A DNA stretch of 64,000 bases, taken from the NCBI GenBank assembly GCA_963812155.1, contig CAWETW010000003.1, forward strand, positions 704,001 to 768,000. The letters run 5' to 3'. How positions within the stretch are numbered: the first letter of the stretch is position 1; every line of letters starts with the position of its first letter. The DNA is from Vulcanimicrobiota bacterium. Its GTDB lineage: Bacteria > Vulcanimicrobiota > Vulcanimicrobiia > Vulcanimicrobiales > Vulcanimicrobiaceae. Shown here piece after piece: positions 39,278 through 48,833 of the stretch. The notes below the pieces were generated by a model. It was given only the letters and a program-made list of their open reading frames with translations, did no database searches and had not been told where the DNA came from. The position numbers were made by a program, and so were the translations under genes.

Positions 39278-39937
39278 CTAGGGCCGGATCGGAAACTCGT
39301 ACTGCGAGTCGTATTCGCCTTGTAGGACGGTCGATTGCAGGTCGTATCCGCCGAGTCTGCCGCGCACGATTCGAATCGGTAACTTTGCCGGGATGTTCGT
39401 CTTGACGACGTAGTCTTTGCGCGCGACGAGCACCACCGGGTACGTGCCGGCGGGGAGGGCGACGAGAAAATCCTCATCGCCGGCGCTGTGCGGCGGAACG
39501 ACGAAGTCGGTGTTGCTCCCGCCGACGGCACTCGCGCGCAACTTTGCCGTCGAGTAGAGCAGCTTCACGGGACGCCGCGGGACGTCGGCGGTGAATACCA
39601 CGCGAGTCGGGGTCTCTACACGCGCTTGCCGCGCCGAGCTCTCGACGCGCTCGCCGTAAACGCTCAGCGCTTCGGCCGCGAGATCGATCGCGACGTTCCC
39701 CGTATTCTCGACGCGTTTGTGAATCGTGAGAAAGGTGACGCCGTGCACCGTCGGGCTTTGGTCGACCGTCGTCGGAACGGAGAACGACGGTGCTTCGCCG
39801 AGCGGCTTGATGCGTTGTTCGTAGACGAAAGTGTAGAGCGCCCAGATCCCGGCCGCCACGATCGCGACGACCTCGACGCCCGTCCGAAGATTTTCGCTCC
39901 ACGTCGGCACCGAGTGTACGCGTAAGTCGCGCGGCAT
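39278..39937 (-). CDS. hypothetical membrane-anchored protein
   Basis: N-terminal TM VAIVAAGIWALYTF, then a soluble beta-rich domain. Confidence 0.6.
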   Translation of the reverse strand: MPRDLRVHSVPTWSENLRTGVEVVAIVAAGIWALYTFVYEQRIKPLGEAPSFSVPTTVDQSPTVHGVTFLTIHKRVENTGNVAIDLAAEALSVYGERVESSARQARVETPTRVVFTADVPRRPVKLLYSTAKLRASAVGGSNTDFVVPPHSAGDEDFLVALPAGTYPVVLVARKDYVVKTNIPAKLPIRIVRGRLGGYDLQSTVLQGEYDSQYEFPIRP

Positions 39938-39964
39938 AAGCGAACTTACATACTCCCGCGGAAA

Positions 39965-39990
39965 GCGAAAACCCGCCAAGGGCGGGCTTT
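39965..39990 (-). terminator. intrinsic terminator
   Basis: Minus-strand stem cccgcc/ggcggg followed by ttttcgctttc, just after the stop at 40017. Confidence 0.6.
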
Positions 39991-40016
39991 GCTGCTCGTG
40001 TTGCGCTTGCAGGTAG

Positions 40017-40970
40017 CTAGACGCCGGCGAAATCGTACGCATAGGGCGTTTGAAGCGTCCCGAGCGCTCCGTAGTCGGGGGTGGCGACCGGACCCGGCGT
40101 CGGACCCGGCCAGGGATCGACCGGAATCGGTCCCGGCGACGGTCCGATTTCGCCCGACCCTTGGGGACCGCGCACGAGCGCCCCGCCGAGGTCGACGTCG
40201 TGCGCCGTCACGTCGACGTTGACGCCCTGTCCTTGCGCCGCGAGCGTCGTTTCGATGCGGCCGCCGTAACCGTTGCGCGCATCTACGACGAGCGAGCCGT
40301 CTTGACTTTCCGTGACGCTCGTACCGTTGCCGAGCCGAACGGTTTGTCCCGCGGAGATCGCGACATTGCGACCGTACTCGTCGATCGATGCTTGACCCTG
40401 GTTGTTCATCGAGATCGTCGTCTGTCCGTTGTCGAGCGAGACTGTGGCGGATTGATTTTTCGTGACGCCCCGCGCATTCGGCGACGTAACTTGCGTCGAA
40501 ATCCGAAAGCCCCCTTGAAACGAGTTCGAATTCAGTAAATCCGGATGCGACGTCATGCTGTTCCATTTCTGTCCGTTAAAGGACAGATGCGGGTCGCCTT
40601 CGCTGGCGCCATCGGCATTTTGGAAGAAACTCTCGTTGCCGTAGGGCGTGGGCGAACCGCTGCCGCCGTAGGGCGGACAGTAACCGCCGCCTCCATACGG
40701 ATTGCAGCCTTGACCGTACGAGCCGCCCATCAGCTGCTGCAACATCTGCACGAGTTGTTGCAGCAAGCCGGGCAGCGGACCGAACAGTGCGGTCTGCGCG
40801 GGATTGGACACCGTGCTAGCGAGCCACGGCGGCACCATGCGCGAAATGGCGTCGCCGGATAGCGTCCCGCGTGCGCCGGCCTGCGAGAGCGATCCACTGG
40901 AATCGCCGATGCCGGCGAAGGCCGAAAGTGGACTGGGGCCGAGTTGCCCGTCGAGCGGCTGTATGGACAT
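40017..40970 (-). CDS. Gly/Pro-rich hypothetical protein with GDPH-initiated beta domain
   Basis: RBS GGAGG; LLQQLVQMLQQLMGG helix; SEGDPHLSFNG; no Sec signal. Confidence 0.6.
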   Translation of the reverse strand: MSIQPLDGQLGPSPLSAFAGIGDSSGSLSQAGARGTLSGDAISRMVPPWLASTVSNPAQTALFGPLPGLLQQLVQMLQQLMGGSYGQGCNPYGGGGYCPPYGGSGSPTPYGNESFFQNADGASEGDPHLSFNGQKWNSMTSHPDLLNSNSFQGGFRISTQVTSPNARGVTKNQSATVSLDNGQTTISMNNQGQASIDEYGRNVAISAGQTVRLGNGTSVTESQDGSLVVDARNGYGGRIETTLAAQGQGVNVDVTAHDVDLGGALVRGPQGSGEIGPSPGPIPVDPWPGPTPGPVATPDYGALGTLQTPYAYDFAGV

Positions 40971-41067
40971 CGCGATGAACCTCCGTCGTAGTGGTTGACC
41001 GACGTTCACGACGGCGACGCGTTGCGACAAGGGGCAAACTGCGGCTCTTCAGAAGCGCGTTTCCGCC

Positions 41068-42172
41068 ATGAGCGACACGCAGCTGACGACCATCGCGCGA
41101 CTCGACGAGCGCCTCACCGTGCTCAAGGAGCGTCTTTGACTACGCAGGCAAGATTCGCCGGATAGCCGAGCTCGAGGAGCGTTCGCGCTCCGAAGGGTTC
41201 TGGAGCGATCCGGAGCCGGCGCAGCGCGTGATGAAAGAACTTTCCGACGAGCAGGCGGCCGCCGCTAGCGTCGCGGACGTCGAGCGCGCGTTGCGCGACG
41301 CTCGCGAGCTACTCGATCTCTTCGGTGACGACCCATCTGCCGGCGCGGAGGTGGGCGGCAGCATCGAGACGGCGCAAGCGGCACTCGATCAGTTGGAAAT
41401 GGCGGCCAACTTCACCGGCGAGTTCGACGCGCACAATGCGATCGTCAGCATCTTCGCAGGAGCCGGCGGCGTCGACGCGGCCGACTGGGCGCAGATGCTC
41501 GCCCGCATGTATTTGCGCTGGGCCGAAGCCAAGAAGTTTTCCGCGCACGTGGTCGAGGAATCGCCGGCCGAGGAGGCGGGTCTGAAATCTGTGACGTTTA
41601 TCGTGCGCGGGCGCAACGCGTACGGTTTGCTGCAAGGCGAGCGCGGCGTTCACCGGCTCGTGCGCCTTTCGCCGTTCGATGCGGCGCACCGGCGCCATAC
41701 GTCGTTTGCGGCAGTCGACGTGATTCCCGAGATTGAAGCCGGTGACGAACGCGAGATCGAGATCAAGGCCGACGATCTGCGCATCGAAACGTTCAAGTCC
41801 GGCGGAGCCGGCGGACAGTACGTCAACAAAACTGAATCGGCCGTGCGCCTGATCCACATTCCGACGGGGATCGTCGTCGCCTCGCAGCAGGAGCGTTCGC
41901 AGGCGCAAAACCGCGATGTCGCGTTGGGCATTTTGCAAGCAAAACTCGCGCAACGCGCCATCGAGGAACGCGAAACGCGCCTCGAAGACCTGCGCGGCGA
42001 GCGGCAAGCCAACGAATGGGGATCGCAAATCCGATCGTACGTGCTCCAGCCCTATCAAATGGTCAAGGATCATCGCACCGACGTTTCGGTCGGCGACGTG
42101 CAAAACGTGCTTGACGGCGGGATCGATGCGTTCGTGTGGCCCTTCCTGCAGCAACGGCGCATCGCTCGATAA
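41068..42172 (+). CDS. prfB: peptide chain release factor 2, programmed +1 frameshift
   Basis: ATG at 41068; AAGGAG-cgt-CTT-TGA-C at 41125-41140; SPF and GGQ motifs in the +1 frame. Confidence 0.97.
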
Positions 42173-43515
42173 TGCGCGACCGCTGGCTGTGGTGCGGTTG
42201 CGCGGCCTACGCGGTGCTCTTCACCTGGCTCGGCGCCATCAAATACGCGGCCCATCGCAACCTGGTCGATTTCGGCATCTTTCAACAAACGGTCGCAAGC
42301 GCGTTCGGATGCTTCTGTAATCCGCTCGAGGGCAGCCACTGGGCGTTTCACTTTTCGCCGATTCTCTACGCGCTCGGCGCGGCGGTGGCTATCGTGCCGT
42401 CGCCGCTGACGCTGGTTGCGCTGCAGGCGGCGGCGGGCGCTCTGTGCGCGCCGCCGATCTACGCCATCGTCCGCCCGCGCGCCGGCATCGCGACGGCGCG
42501 CCTGTGTGCGCTCGTGGTTTTTCTCTATCCGCCGCTGGGCGGACTGATATTCGGGGACGTGCACGAGAACGGGTTTGCGCCGGCTGCGGTCGCGTGGACG
42601 CTGTACGCGTTCGATGCCGGCCGGCTCGGATGGTCGGCATTCTTCGCCGCCGTCGCGTTGGCGGTGAAAGAGGATCAGGCGCTGTTCTTGGCCTTTGCGG
42701 GTGCGTGCGGGGCTCTTGCGTATCGGAGCGATCGCCGGCGCGCGCTATTCGCGGCCGGCGTCGCGGCCGTTTCGATTGGCGTTGCCGTGGCGTTCTTCGC
42801 GCTGATTCAACCCAACGCCGAAGCCAATCCGTATTGGCAGCCGGCCCGTTTCTACGCGTGGACCGTCGCCGACGCGCGCGACCTTGCGGCGCACGGCGCG
42901 CTCGAGCGCATCGGATTCCTTCTGTTGATTCTAGCGCCGCTGGCGTTCGTGCCGTTGCGAACGCGCGTTGCACTGCTCGCGGTTCCACCGTTGCTCGAAG
43001 TTCTCGGCTCGCGCATGGACACGACGTTCACATTGGGAACGCACTATGCCGGAGCGTGGGCCGGGTATCTGTTGGTGGCCTATGCTGCCGGAATCTCCGC
43101 CTTAGGCGCGCGCGGCCGCGCGCGGGCGGCCCTCTATTGGTCGCTGGCGCTCTGCGTCCTCGAACTCGCCGTTGCGAATCCGTTGCATCCGGGCGCAAAC
43201 TTGCGCGCGGTGCAGCCGCGCGATCTCGAGCTGGATGCCGCGCTTCACGATCTTCCGCGCGACGCGAGCGTCGCCACGCAAGAGGAAGCGTACACGCACC
43301 TCGGCCTCACCAATCCCTTTGCCCGGCTCTTGCCCGAGGACCCGAACGTCGAGACGCACGCGTGCCTGGTCTTAGTCGACCGCGCGTATTCGGACTCGCC
43401 GCGTTTACAGGAATACGGCAACGCGCTCGCCGCCTTGGTGGCATCCGGAAAATACGTGGCCGTCGTGCGCGTCGGCGACATCGCGATCTTCCGCCGCGTT
43501 ACCGCCTGCCGCTAA
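42172..43515 (+). CDS. DUF2079 multi-pass membrane protein (GT-C-like)
   Basis: DFGIFQQ, HFSPIL, DVHE and KED motifs; many TM helices. Confidence 0.75.
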   Translation: MRDRWLWCGCAAYAVLFTWLGAIKYAAHRNLVDFGIFQQTVASAFGCFCNPLEGSHWAFHFSPILYALGAAVAIVPSPLTLVALQAAAGALCAPPIYAIVRPRAGIATARLCALVVFLYPPLGGLIFGDVHENGFAPAAVAWTLYAFDAGRLGWSAFFAAVALAVKEDQALFLAFAGACGALAYRSDRRRALFAAGVAAVSIGVAVAFFALIQPNAEANPYWQPARFYAWTVADARDLAAHGALERIGFLLLILAPLAFVPLRTRVALLAVPPLLEVLGSRMDTTFTLGTHYAGAWAGYLLVAYAAGISALGARGRARAALYWSLALCVLELAVANPLHPGANLRAVQPRDLELDAALHDLPRDASVATQEEAYTHLGLTNPFARLLPEDPNVETHACLVLVDRAYSDSPRLQEYGNALAALVASGKYVAVVRVGDIAIFRRVTACR

Positions 43516-44483
43516 AGCAACTGGGCCAAAGCGTCGGCCGCGCGTGCGGGCCAATTCGGCTCGGCGCGCACGGTCCGATTCGGCGCGGCCCACGGCGCCC
43601 AGCGCGCGACCTGTAGGGCGTAGCCGCGCGACGGCGGATAGACGCCGACGACCGGCGTGCCGGTCATGCCCGCGACGTGCAGGGCGCCGCTGTCCGGCGT
43701 GACGAGCGCGCGCGTTGCCGCGATGGCTTCTTTCCACGGAGCAATTTCTGCGAAGCATTCGACCGAAATCCCCATCGCTGCAGCAATGCGTCCGGCGTAT
43801 TCCCGCTCGGTCGCGGACGCGAGCAGCCGGAGCGCTCCAAACGATTGCAGGCGGCGCAAGAGATCGATCACGTCGCCGAACGGAATTCCCAAGCGCTGCC
43901 ACTTGTCGGTGATTTGCACGGCGATGCGATCGTCGGGCGCTATATCGCGATCGACGACGAACGGACGCAGCACGTTTGGATCGCGCGAAGGTTCGGCGGA
44001 TTCTCCGAGCAGCGTTCTTCCGAGTTCGAAGATAACGCGGCATTCGTGCGGGGCCTGCCTGTCCAAGCCGGCACTTCGATACACGCGCTGTGTAAGGAAG
44101 CGGCGCGTCCACATCGTCTTTGCCGGTTTTCCCCATGCGTTAGAGAAGCCGATGCGAACCGGTGCGCGGCTTGCCAATGCCAGACGATAGCCGCTTGGAT
44201 CCTCGGTGGCGACGAGTGCGTGCGTGTATTCGCGGATTGCGAGACCTTCGCCGGCGCGCTCGATCGCGTCGACGTTCGACCGCGCGCTCGAACGCAGTTC
44301 GAATTCGGCAACGACGACCGAGCGCACGGCGCGCGACGAGAAGACGCCGGCGTTTTCCCGCCGCAGCACGACGTCTACGGGAATCCGCTTTGCGTGCAGC
44401 GCGGCGACGAGCGGCACGGTCGCGAGCGCATCGCCGACCGCGTCGAGGCGGATGAGCAGCGCCGACGGTGAACTCTGCGGCAT
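43512..44483 (-). CDS. glycosyltransferase family 9 (LPS heptosyltransferase-like)
   Basis: LLIRLDAVGD and LVTPDSGALHVAG...TPVVG motifs. Confidence 0.88.
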   Translation of the reverse strand: MPQSSPSALLIRLDAVGDALATVPLVAALHAKRIPVDVVLRRENAGVFSSRAVRSVVVAEFELRSSARSNVDAIERAGEGLAIREYTHALVATEDPSGYRLALASRAPVRIGFSNAWGKPAKTMWTRRFLTQRVYRSAGLDRQAPHECRVIFELGRTLLGESAEPSRDPNVLRPFVVDRDIAPDDRIAVQITDKWQRLGIPFGDVIDLLRRLQSFGALRLLASATEREYAGRIAAAMGISVECFAEIAPWKEAIAATRALVTPDSGALHVAGMTGTPVVGVYPPSRGYALQVARWAPWAAPNRTVRAEPNWPARAADALAQLL

Positions 44484-44525
44484 GCCGTTTCTCTCCGACC
44501 GCCGGGAGGCGGCGGCCTGCCGCCG

Positions 44526-44870
44526 ATGATCGCTCGCGACGATCTCGTGACGCTCGACGCGGTCGACGGATTTCCCACGGTCCGATCGTACGGGCGGGTT
44601 TCGGGCAGCGCTTCGCGCGCCCGCAACCGGCTTCGTTCGACCTTTCGCAGTCTGGGAATGCTCATCGGCCTTTCGGCGGGAGAGTTTCTCGGAGACGCCG
44701 AGCACTTGCGCAGCGAGGCCCTCGACGCTCTGAGGCGTAACGCCGCCGCACTCGGCGCAAACGCGGTCGTCGGCCTGCAGTTCTACGTTTCGGAAGGCGA
44801 CGATGGGTCGTGCACGGTGCTTGCGTTCGGTCGAGCCGTCCTGGTCGACAAACTCGGACCGGCGGCGTGA
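44526..44870 (+). CDS. YbjQ-like heavy-metal-binding domain protein
   Basis: R.EAL..L...A..LGANAVVG...AFGRAV. Confidence 0.8.
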   Translation: MIARDDLVTLDAVDGFPTVRSYGRVSGSASRARNRLRSTFRSLGMLIGLSAGEFLGDAEHLRSEALDALRRNAAALGANAVVGLQFYVSEGDDGSCTVLAFGRAVLVDKLGPAA

Positions 44871-45556
44871 CGCTCGAAGAGCGCGCGCGACGCGAGCGGC
44901 TGCTCCAGCGCGGCGCCGCCAACGCTGCCGCGTGCCGGCGTTGCGCGATCGGGTACGAACGGCGCAACAACGTGTACGGCGAAGGCGATCCCTGTGCGGC
45001 GCTGATGGTCGTCGGCGAGGGGCCCGGTGAAACCGAAGACGAGTTGGGCCGTCCGTTCGTCGGACGCGCGGGCCAGTTGCTCGACCGCATGCTCGGGGCA
45101 ATCGGTCTCGCGCGCGAGGACGTGTATATCTGCAACACCGTCAAATGCCGCCCGACTTTCGCGGGACCTAACGGGCCGCGCAATCGAGCACCCGAACTGG
45201 ACGAGATGGCCAACTGCCGCCCGTTTCTCGACGAGCAAATCGCGATTATCGCGCCCCGCGTTCTGTTGGCGTTGGGCGCCCCGTCGGCGAAGTCGTTTCT
45301 CGGCCGTGACTTTCAGATCACCAAGATGCGCGGACGCTGGTATGCCGGACCTCTCGGAATTCCGCTGATGGTGACCTTTCATCCGGCGTACGTTCTCCGT
45401 CAAACGGGCGGCGAGATCGAAGCCGTGAAGCGTCTGGTATGGAACGATCTCAAACAAGTCCGCGCGAAACTCGACGAGCCGGTCGAACCGGAAATGCCAT
45501 CTTCAGCGGAGACGGCCGAACCGCAGCAGGCCGGCCTTTTTGGGGGAATCTCGTGA
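44867..45556 (+). CDS. uracil-DNA glycosylase family 4
   Basis: CxxC, GEGPG..ED..GRPFVGRAG, KCRP and TFHPAY motifs. Confidence 0.93.
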   Translation: MTLEERARRERLLQRGAANAAACRRCAIGYERRNNVYGEGDPCAALMVVGEGPGETEDELGRPFVGRAGQLLDRMLGAIGLAREDVYICNTVKCRPTFAGPNGPRNRAPELDEMANCRPFLDEQIAIIAPRVLLALGAPSAKSFLGRDFQITKMRGRWYAGPLGIPLMVTFHPAYVLRQTGGEIEAVKRLVWNDLKQVRAKLDEPVEPEMPSSAETAEPQQAGLFGGIS

Positions 45557-46653
45557 CCCGCGATCCGATGGCAGTGTGGGTCGAGAGTCTGGCCGTGCGC
45601 GCGGGTTTCCCGGATGCGCGCGCGTTCGCCGAACACTTCGGATTGAAACCATACCGGTCGCGCCAGATCTACCGCGCCGCCGCCAAGGAATTGCTTCCGT
45701 CGGTCGACGCGGTGACGACGTTACCGAAGGAGATGCGGAGCGCGCTCGGCGCCAGCGGGGCGACCTTCTCGACGCTGGAATCGTCGGTCGTTCAGAGGTC
45801 GCGAGACGGGCAAACAACCAAGGCGCTCTTCCGTTTGCGGGACGGCAGCGACGTCGAAGCGGTGCTGATGGAGCACTCGGGCGATCGCACGACTGTGTGC
45901 ATCTCCTCGCAAGCCGGCTGCGCCTTTGCGTGCGCGTTCTGTTCGACCGGACAAGCCGGCTTCGGACGAAATTTGGATGCCGTCGAAATCTTCGACCAGG
46001 CGCTGTTCTTTGCACGCGAACTGAACGGTCGCGGAAAGCGGATCACCAACGTCGTGTTCATGGGCATGGGCGAGCCCTTTCACAACTACGGCAACGTGAT
46101 GGATGCCGTCGCGCTGCTCAACGATCCCAACGGCTTCGGATTGGGGCACCGCCACCTGACGATTTCGACCGTCGGACTGGTCGACAAGATCGATCGCTTT
46201 TCGGACGAACGCCTGCAAGTGAATCTCGCGATATCGCTGCACGCACCAAATGACGCGTTGCGTTCAAAAATCATGCCCGTCAACCGCCGGTTCGACGTCG
46301 CGTCGCTGATGGCCGCGTGCGAGCGCTACGTCGCGAAGACGCGGCGAAAAGTATTCTTCGAATACGTGATGCTGGCCGGCGTCAACGACGACGATGGCTG
46401 CGCGCGCGAACTTGCGGCGCTGATGCGCGGGCATCTGTATCACGTCAACCTCATTCCGTATAACGCGACGCCGGACGGTCCGTTCGCCGGAACGACCGAC
46501 GCTCGCATTTGGAAGTTTGCGGGCATTCTCGACGCGGCCGGCGTCCCGACGACGGTCCGCCGCAACATGGGGCGCGACATCGCTGCCGCTTGCGGCCAAC
46601 TCCGCGCCGCAACGCAGGCGAAGGGCGCACCCGCGCAGCCGGTGGGGAGGTGA
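45553..46653 (+). CDS. rlmN: 23S rRNA m2A2503/tRNA methyltransferase
   Basis: CAFACAFC, MGMGEP, SLHA and DIAAACGQL motifs. Confidence 0.95.
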   Translation: MTRDPMAVWVESLAVRAGFPDARAFAEHFGLKPYRSRQIYRAAAKELLPSVDAVTTLPKEMRSALGASGATFSTLESSVVQRSRDGQTTKALFRLRDGSDVEAVLMEHSGDRTTVCISSQAGCAFACAFCSTGQAGFGRNLDAVEIFDQALFFARELNGRGKRITNVVFMGMGEPFHNYGNVMDAVALLNDPNGFGLGHRHLTISTVGLVDKIDRFSDERLQVNLAISLHAPNDALRSKIMPVNRRFDVASLMAACERYVAKTRRKVFFEYVMLAGVNDDDGCARELAALMRGHLYHVNLIPYNATPDGPFAGTTDARIWKFAGILDAAGVPTTVRRNMGRDIAAACGQLRAATQAKGAPAQPVGR

Positions 46654-46657
46654 CGAG

Positions 46658-47011
46658 ATGATTACCGGAATGCACGCCCTTATTTACAGCGCGCACGCGG
46701 AGAAGGTGCAAGAGTTCCTCTCCGACGTGCTCGGATTAGAGTCGGTCGAAGCGGGCGAGGGATGGCCGATTTTTGCTGCGCCGCCGGCCGAACTCGCCGT
46801 GCATCCGACGGACGGAGAGCCTGGCCACGAACTGTATTTGATGTGCGACGACGTATACGCAACGATTGCGTCGTTCAAGGAAAAGGGCGTCGCGTGCTCG
46901 CCGGTTCGAGACCGCGGTTGGGGACTCGTCACGTCGGTCGAGTTGGCGGCCGGCGAAAGCATCGGCCTGTACGAGCCGCACCATCCGTCGCCGCTGCAAT
47001 CGAAGGCGTAG
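46658..47011 (+). CDS. VOC family protein
   Basis: ELAVHP, HELYLMCDD and IGLYEP motifs. Confidence 0.8.
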   Translation: MITGMHALIYSAHAEKVQEFLSDVLGLESVEAGEGWPIFAAPPAELAVHPTDGEPGHELYLMCDDVYATIASFKEKGVACSPVRDRGWGLVTSVELAAGESIGLYEPHHPSPLQSKA

Positions 47012-47022
47012 GGATTCAGCGC

Positions 47023-47406
47023 GTGGCAACGTGGCGCGACGTTAGCCGGTATGCGCTGGCGTTGCCGGAGACGATCGAAGAACGCTCCACCGACGGCCTG
47101 CGCCGCTGGGCCGTCAAGAAGAAGCTGTTCGCATGGGAGCGGCCGTTGCGCCGTTCGGATTTGCTGGCGCTCGGCGACGATGCGCCGGCCGGCCCGATTC
47201 TCGGATTGCGGACGGCGGACCTCGAAATGAAGGAGATGATGCTCGCGAGCGATCCGGCGGTCTATTTCACGACGCCGCACTTCAATGGATATCCAGCGGT
47301 GCTCGTCCGGCTGAAGGCGATCGCGCCGAAGGACCTCAAGGACGCCGTCGTCGAGGCGTGGCTGACGCGCGCACCGGCGCGGCTTGCCGCGCAGTATCTC
47401 GGATGA
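47023..47406 (+). CDS. MmcQ/YjbR family protein
   Basis: ALALPE and FTTPHFNGYPAVLVRL motifs. Confidence 0.85.
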   Translation: MATWRDVSRYALALPETIEERSTDGLRRWAVKKKLFAWERPLRRSDLLALGDDAPAGPILGLRTADLEMKEMMLASDPAVYFTTPHFNGYPAVLVRLKAIAPKDLKDAVVEAWLTRAPARLAAQYLG

Positions 47407-47477
47407 CGCGGCTTCCGTCGGTGCGCCGGCAGAAAGCGGCGGGTATCGCTCGCTGCCGGTGAGAAAACCACGCCGGA

Positions 47478-48833
47478 ATGCAGACGGCATCGGATTCGCA
47501 ACGGCGCGTAACGATGGACGAGATTACGGCGCTTGCCAAGCGCCGCGGCTTCGTCTTCCAATCGAGCGAGATTTACGGCGGCATCAACGGATTCTGGGAC
47601 TACGGTCCGCTCGGTGCGATCCTCAAACGCAACGTCAAGAACGCCTGGTGGCGCGATACCGTCGAACTGCGCGACGACGTCGTTGCGTTCGACTCTTCCA
47701 TCATCATGCATCCGCTCGCGTGGAAGGCGTCGGGACACGTCGACGCTTTTCACGACGTGCTGGTCGACTGCAAAGTGTGCAAACACCGCTTTCGCCTCGA
47801 TCACTTGAAGGATGCGGCCTCGTGCCCCGACTGCGGAAGCAAGAATTCGTTCACCGAACCGCGCGCCTTCAATCTCATGATGAAGACCTCGGTAGGCCCG
47901 ATGGACGACACGTCGTCGGAGGCGTACTTGCGGCCCGAGACCGCTCAGGGGATCTTCGTCAACTTCAAAAACGTCTATCAATCGGCCCGCCGTAAGCCGC
48001 CCTTCGGCATCGCGCAAATCGGAAAGTCGTTTCGCAACGAGATCACGCCGGGAAACTTCATCTATCGCGTGCGCGAGTTCGAACAGGCCGAGTTGGAATA
48101 TTTCGTTCCGGACGACGGGAAAGACGTCGCGGTCTTCCACGAATGGGTCGAGCGCCGAAAGACGTGGTACGCCGGTTACGGCATCAAGCCGGAACGGTTG
48201 CGTTTTTACGAACTGACGCCGCAGGAGCGGCCGCATTACGCCAAGGCCGGCGTGGACGTCGAGTACCTGTTCCCGTGGGGATGGGGCGAACTCGAATCGA
48301 TCGCCCACCGCGGTACGTACGATCTCGACGCGCACATGACGTTGTCGGGGAAAGATCTGCGCTTCTTCGACGAAGCCTCGAAGACGCATTACACGCCGCT
48401 CTTAATCGAGAGTTCGGCCGGCATGGACCGCACTACGCTGACGTTTCTGGTGGACGCGTACGAACGCGAGACCAGCGTCGACCCGAATGGAAAGGAGACG
48501 GAGCGCACCGTGCTTCGGTTCCATCCATTCATCGCTCCGGTCCAAGTCGCGGTATTTTCACTGGCGCGCAACAAGCCGGAGTTGGTCGAACGAGCCCGCG
48601 CCATCGAGACTCGCCTGCGTCCGCAGTGGCGCACGCAGTACGATGAGGGCAACATCGGACAGCTCTACCGGCGGCAGGACGAAATCGGCACGCCGTACTG
48701 CGTGACCATCGACTACGAAACCCTGGCCGACGGCAGCGTCACCGTGCGGTCGCGCGATTCGATGCTGCAAGAGCGCGTTGCGGGCGATCGCCTAGGCGCG
48801 CACCTCAAGGAGCGACTGGAGAGCAACGCATGA
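47478..48833 (+). CDS. glyQS: glycyl-tRNA synthetase, alpha2 dimeric type
   Basis: LRPETAQG, FRNEITP, REFEQAELEYF and YRRQDEIGTP motifs. Confidence 0.96.
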   Translation: MQTASDSQRRVTMDEITALAKRRGFVFQSSEIYGGINGFWDYGPLGAILKRNVKNAWWRDTVELRDDVVAFDSSIIMHPLAWKASGHVDAFHDVLVDCKVCKHRFRLDHLKDAASCPDCGSKNSFTEPRAFNLMMKTSVGPMDDTSSEAYLRPETAQGIFVNFKNVYQSARRKPPFGIAQIGKSFRNEITPGNFIYRVREFEQAELEYFVPDDGKDVAVFHEWVERRKTWYAGYGIKPERLRFYELTPQERPHYAKAGVDVEYLFPWGWGELESIAHRGTYDLDAHMTLSGKDLRFFDEASKTHYTPLLIESSAGMDRTTLTFLVDAYERETSVDPNGKETERTVLRFHPFIAPVQVAVFSLARNKPELVERARAIETRLRPQWRTQYDEGNIGQLYRRQDEIGTPYCVTIDYETLADGSVTVRSRDSMLQERVAGDRLGAHLKERLESNA

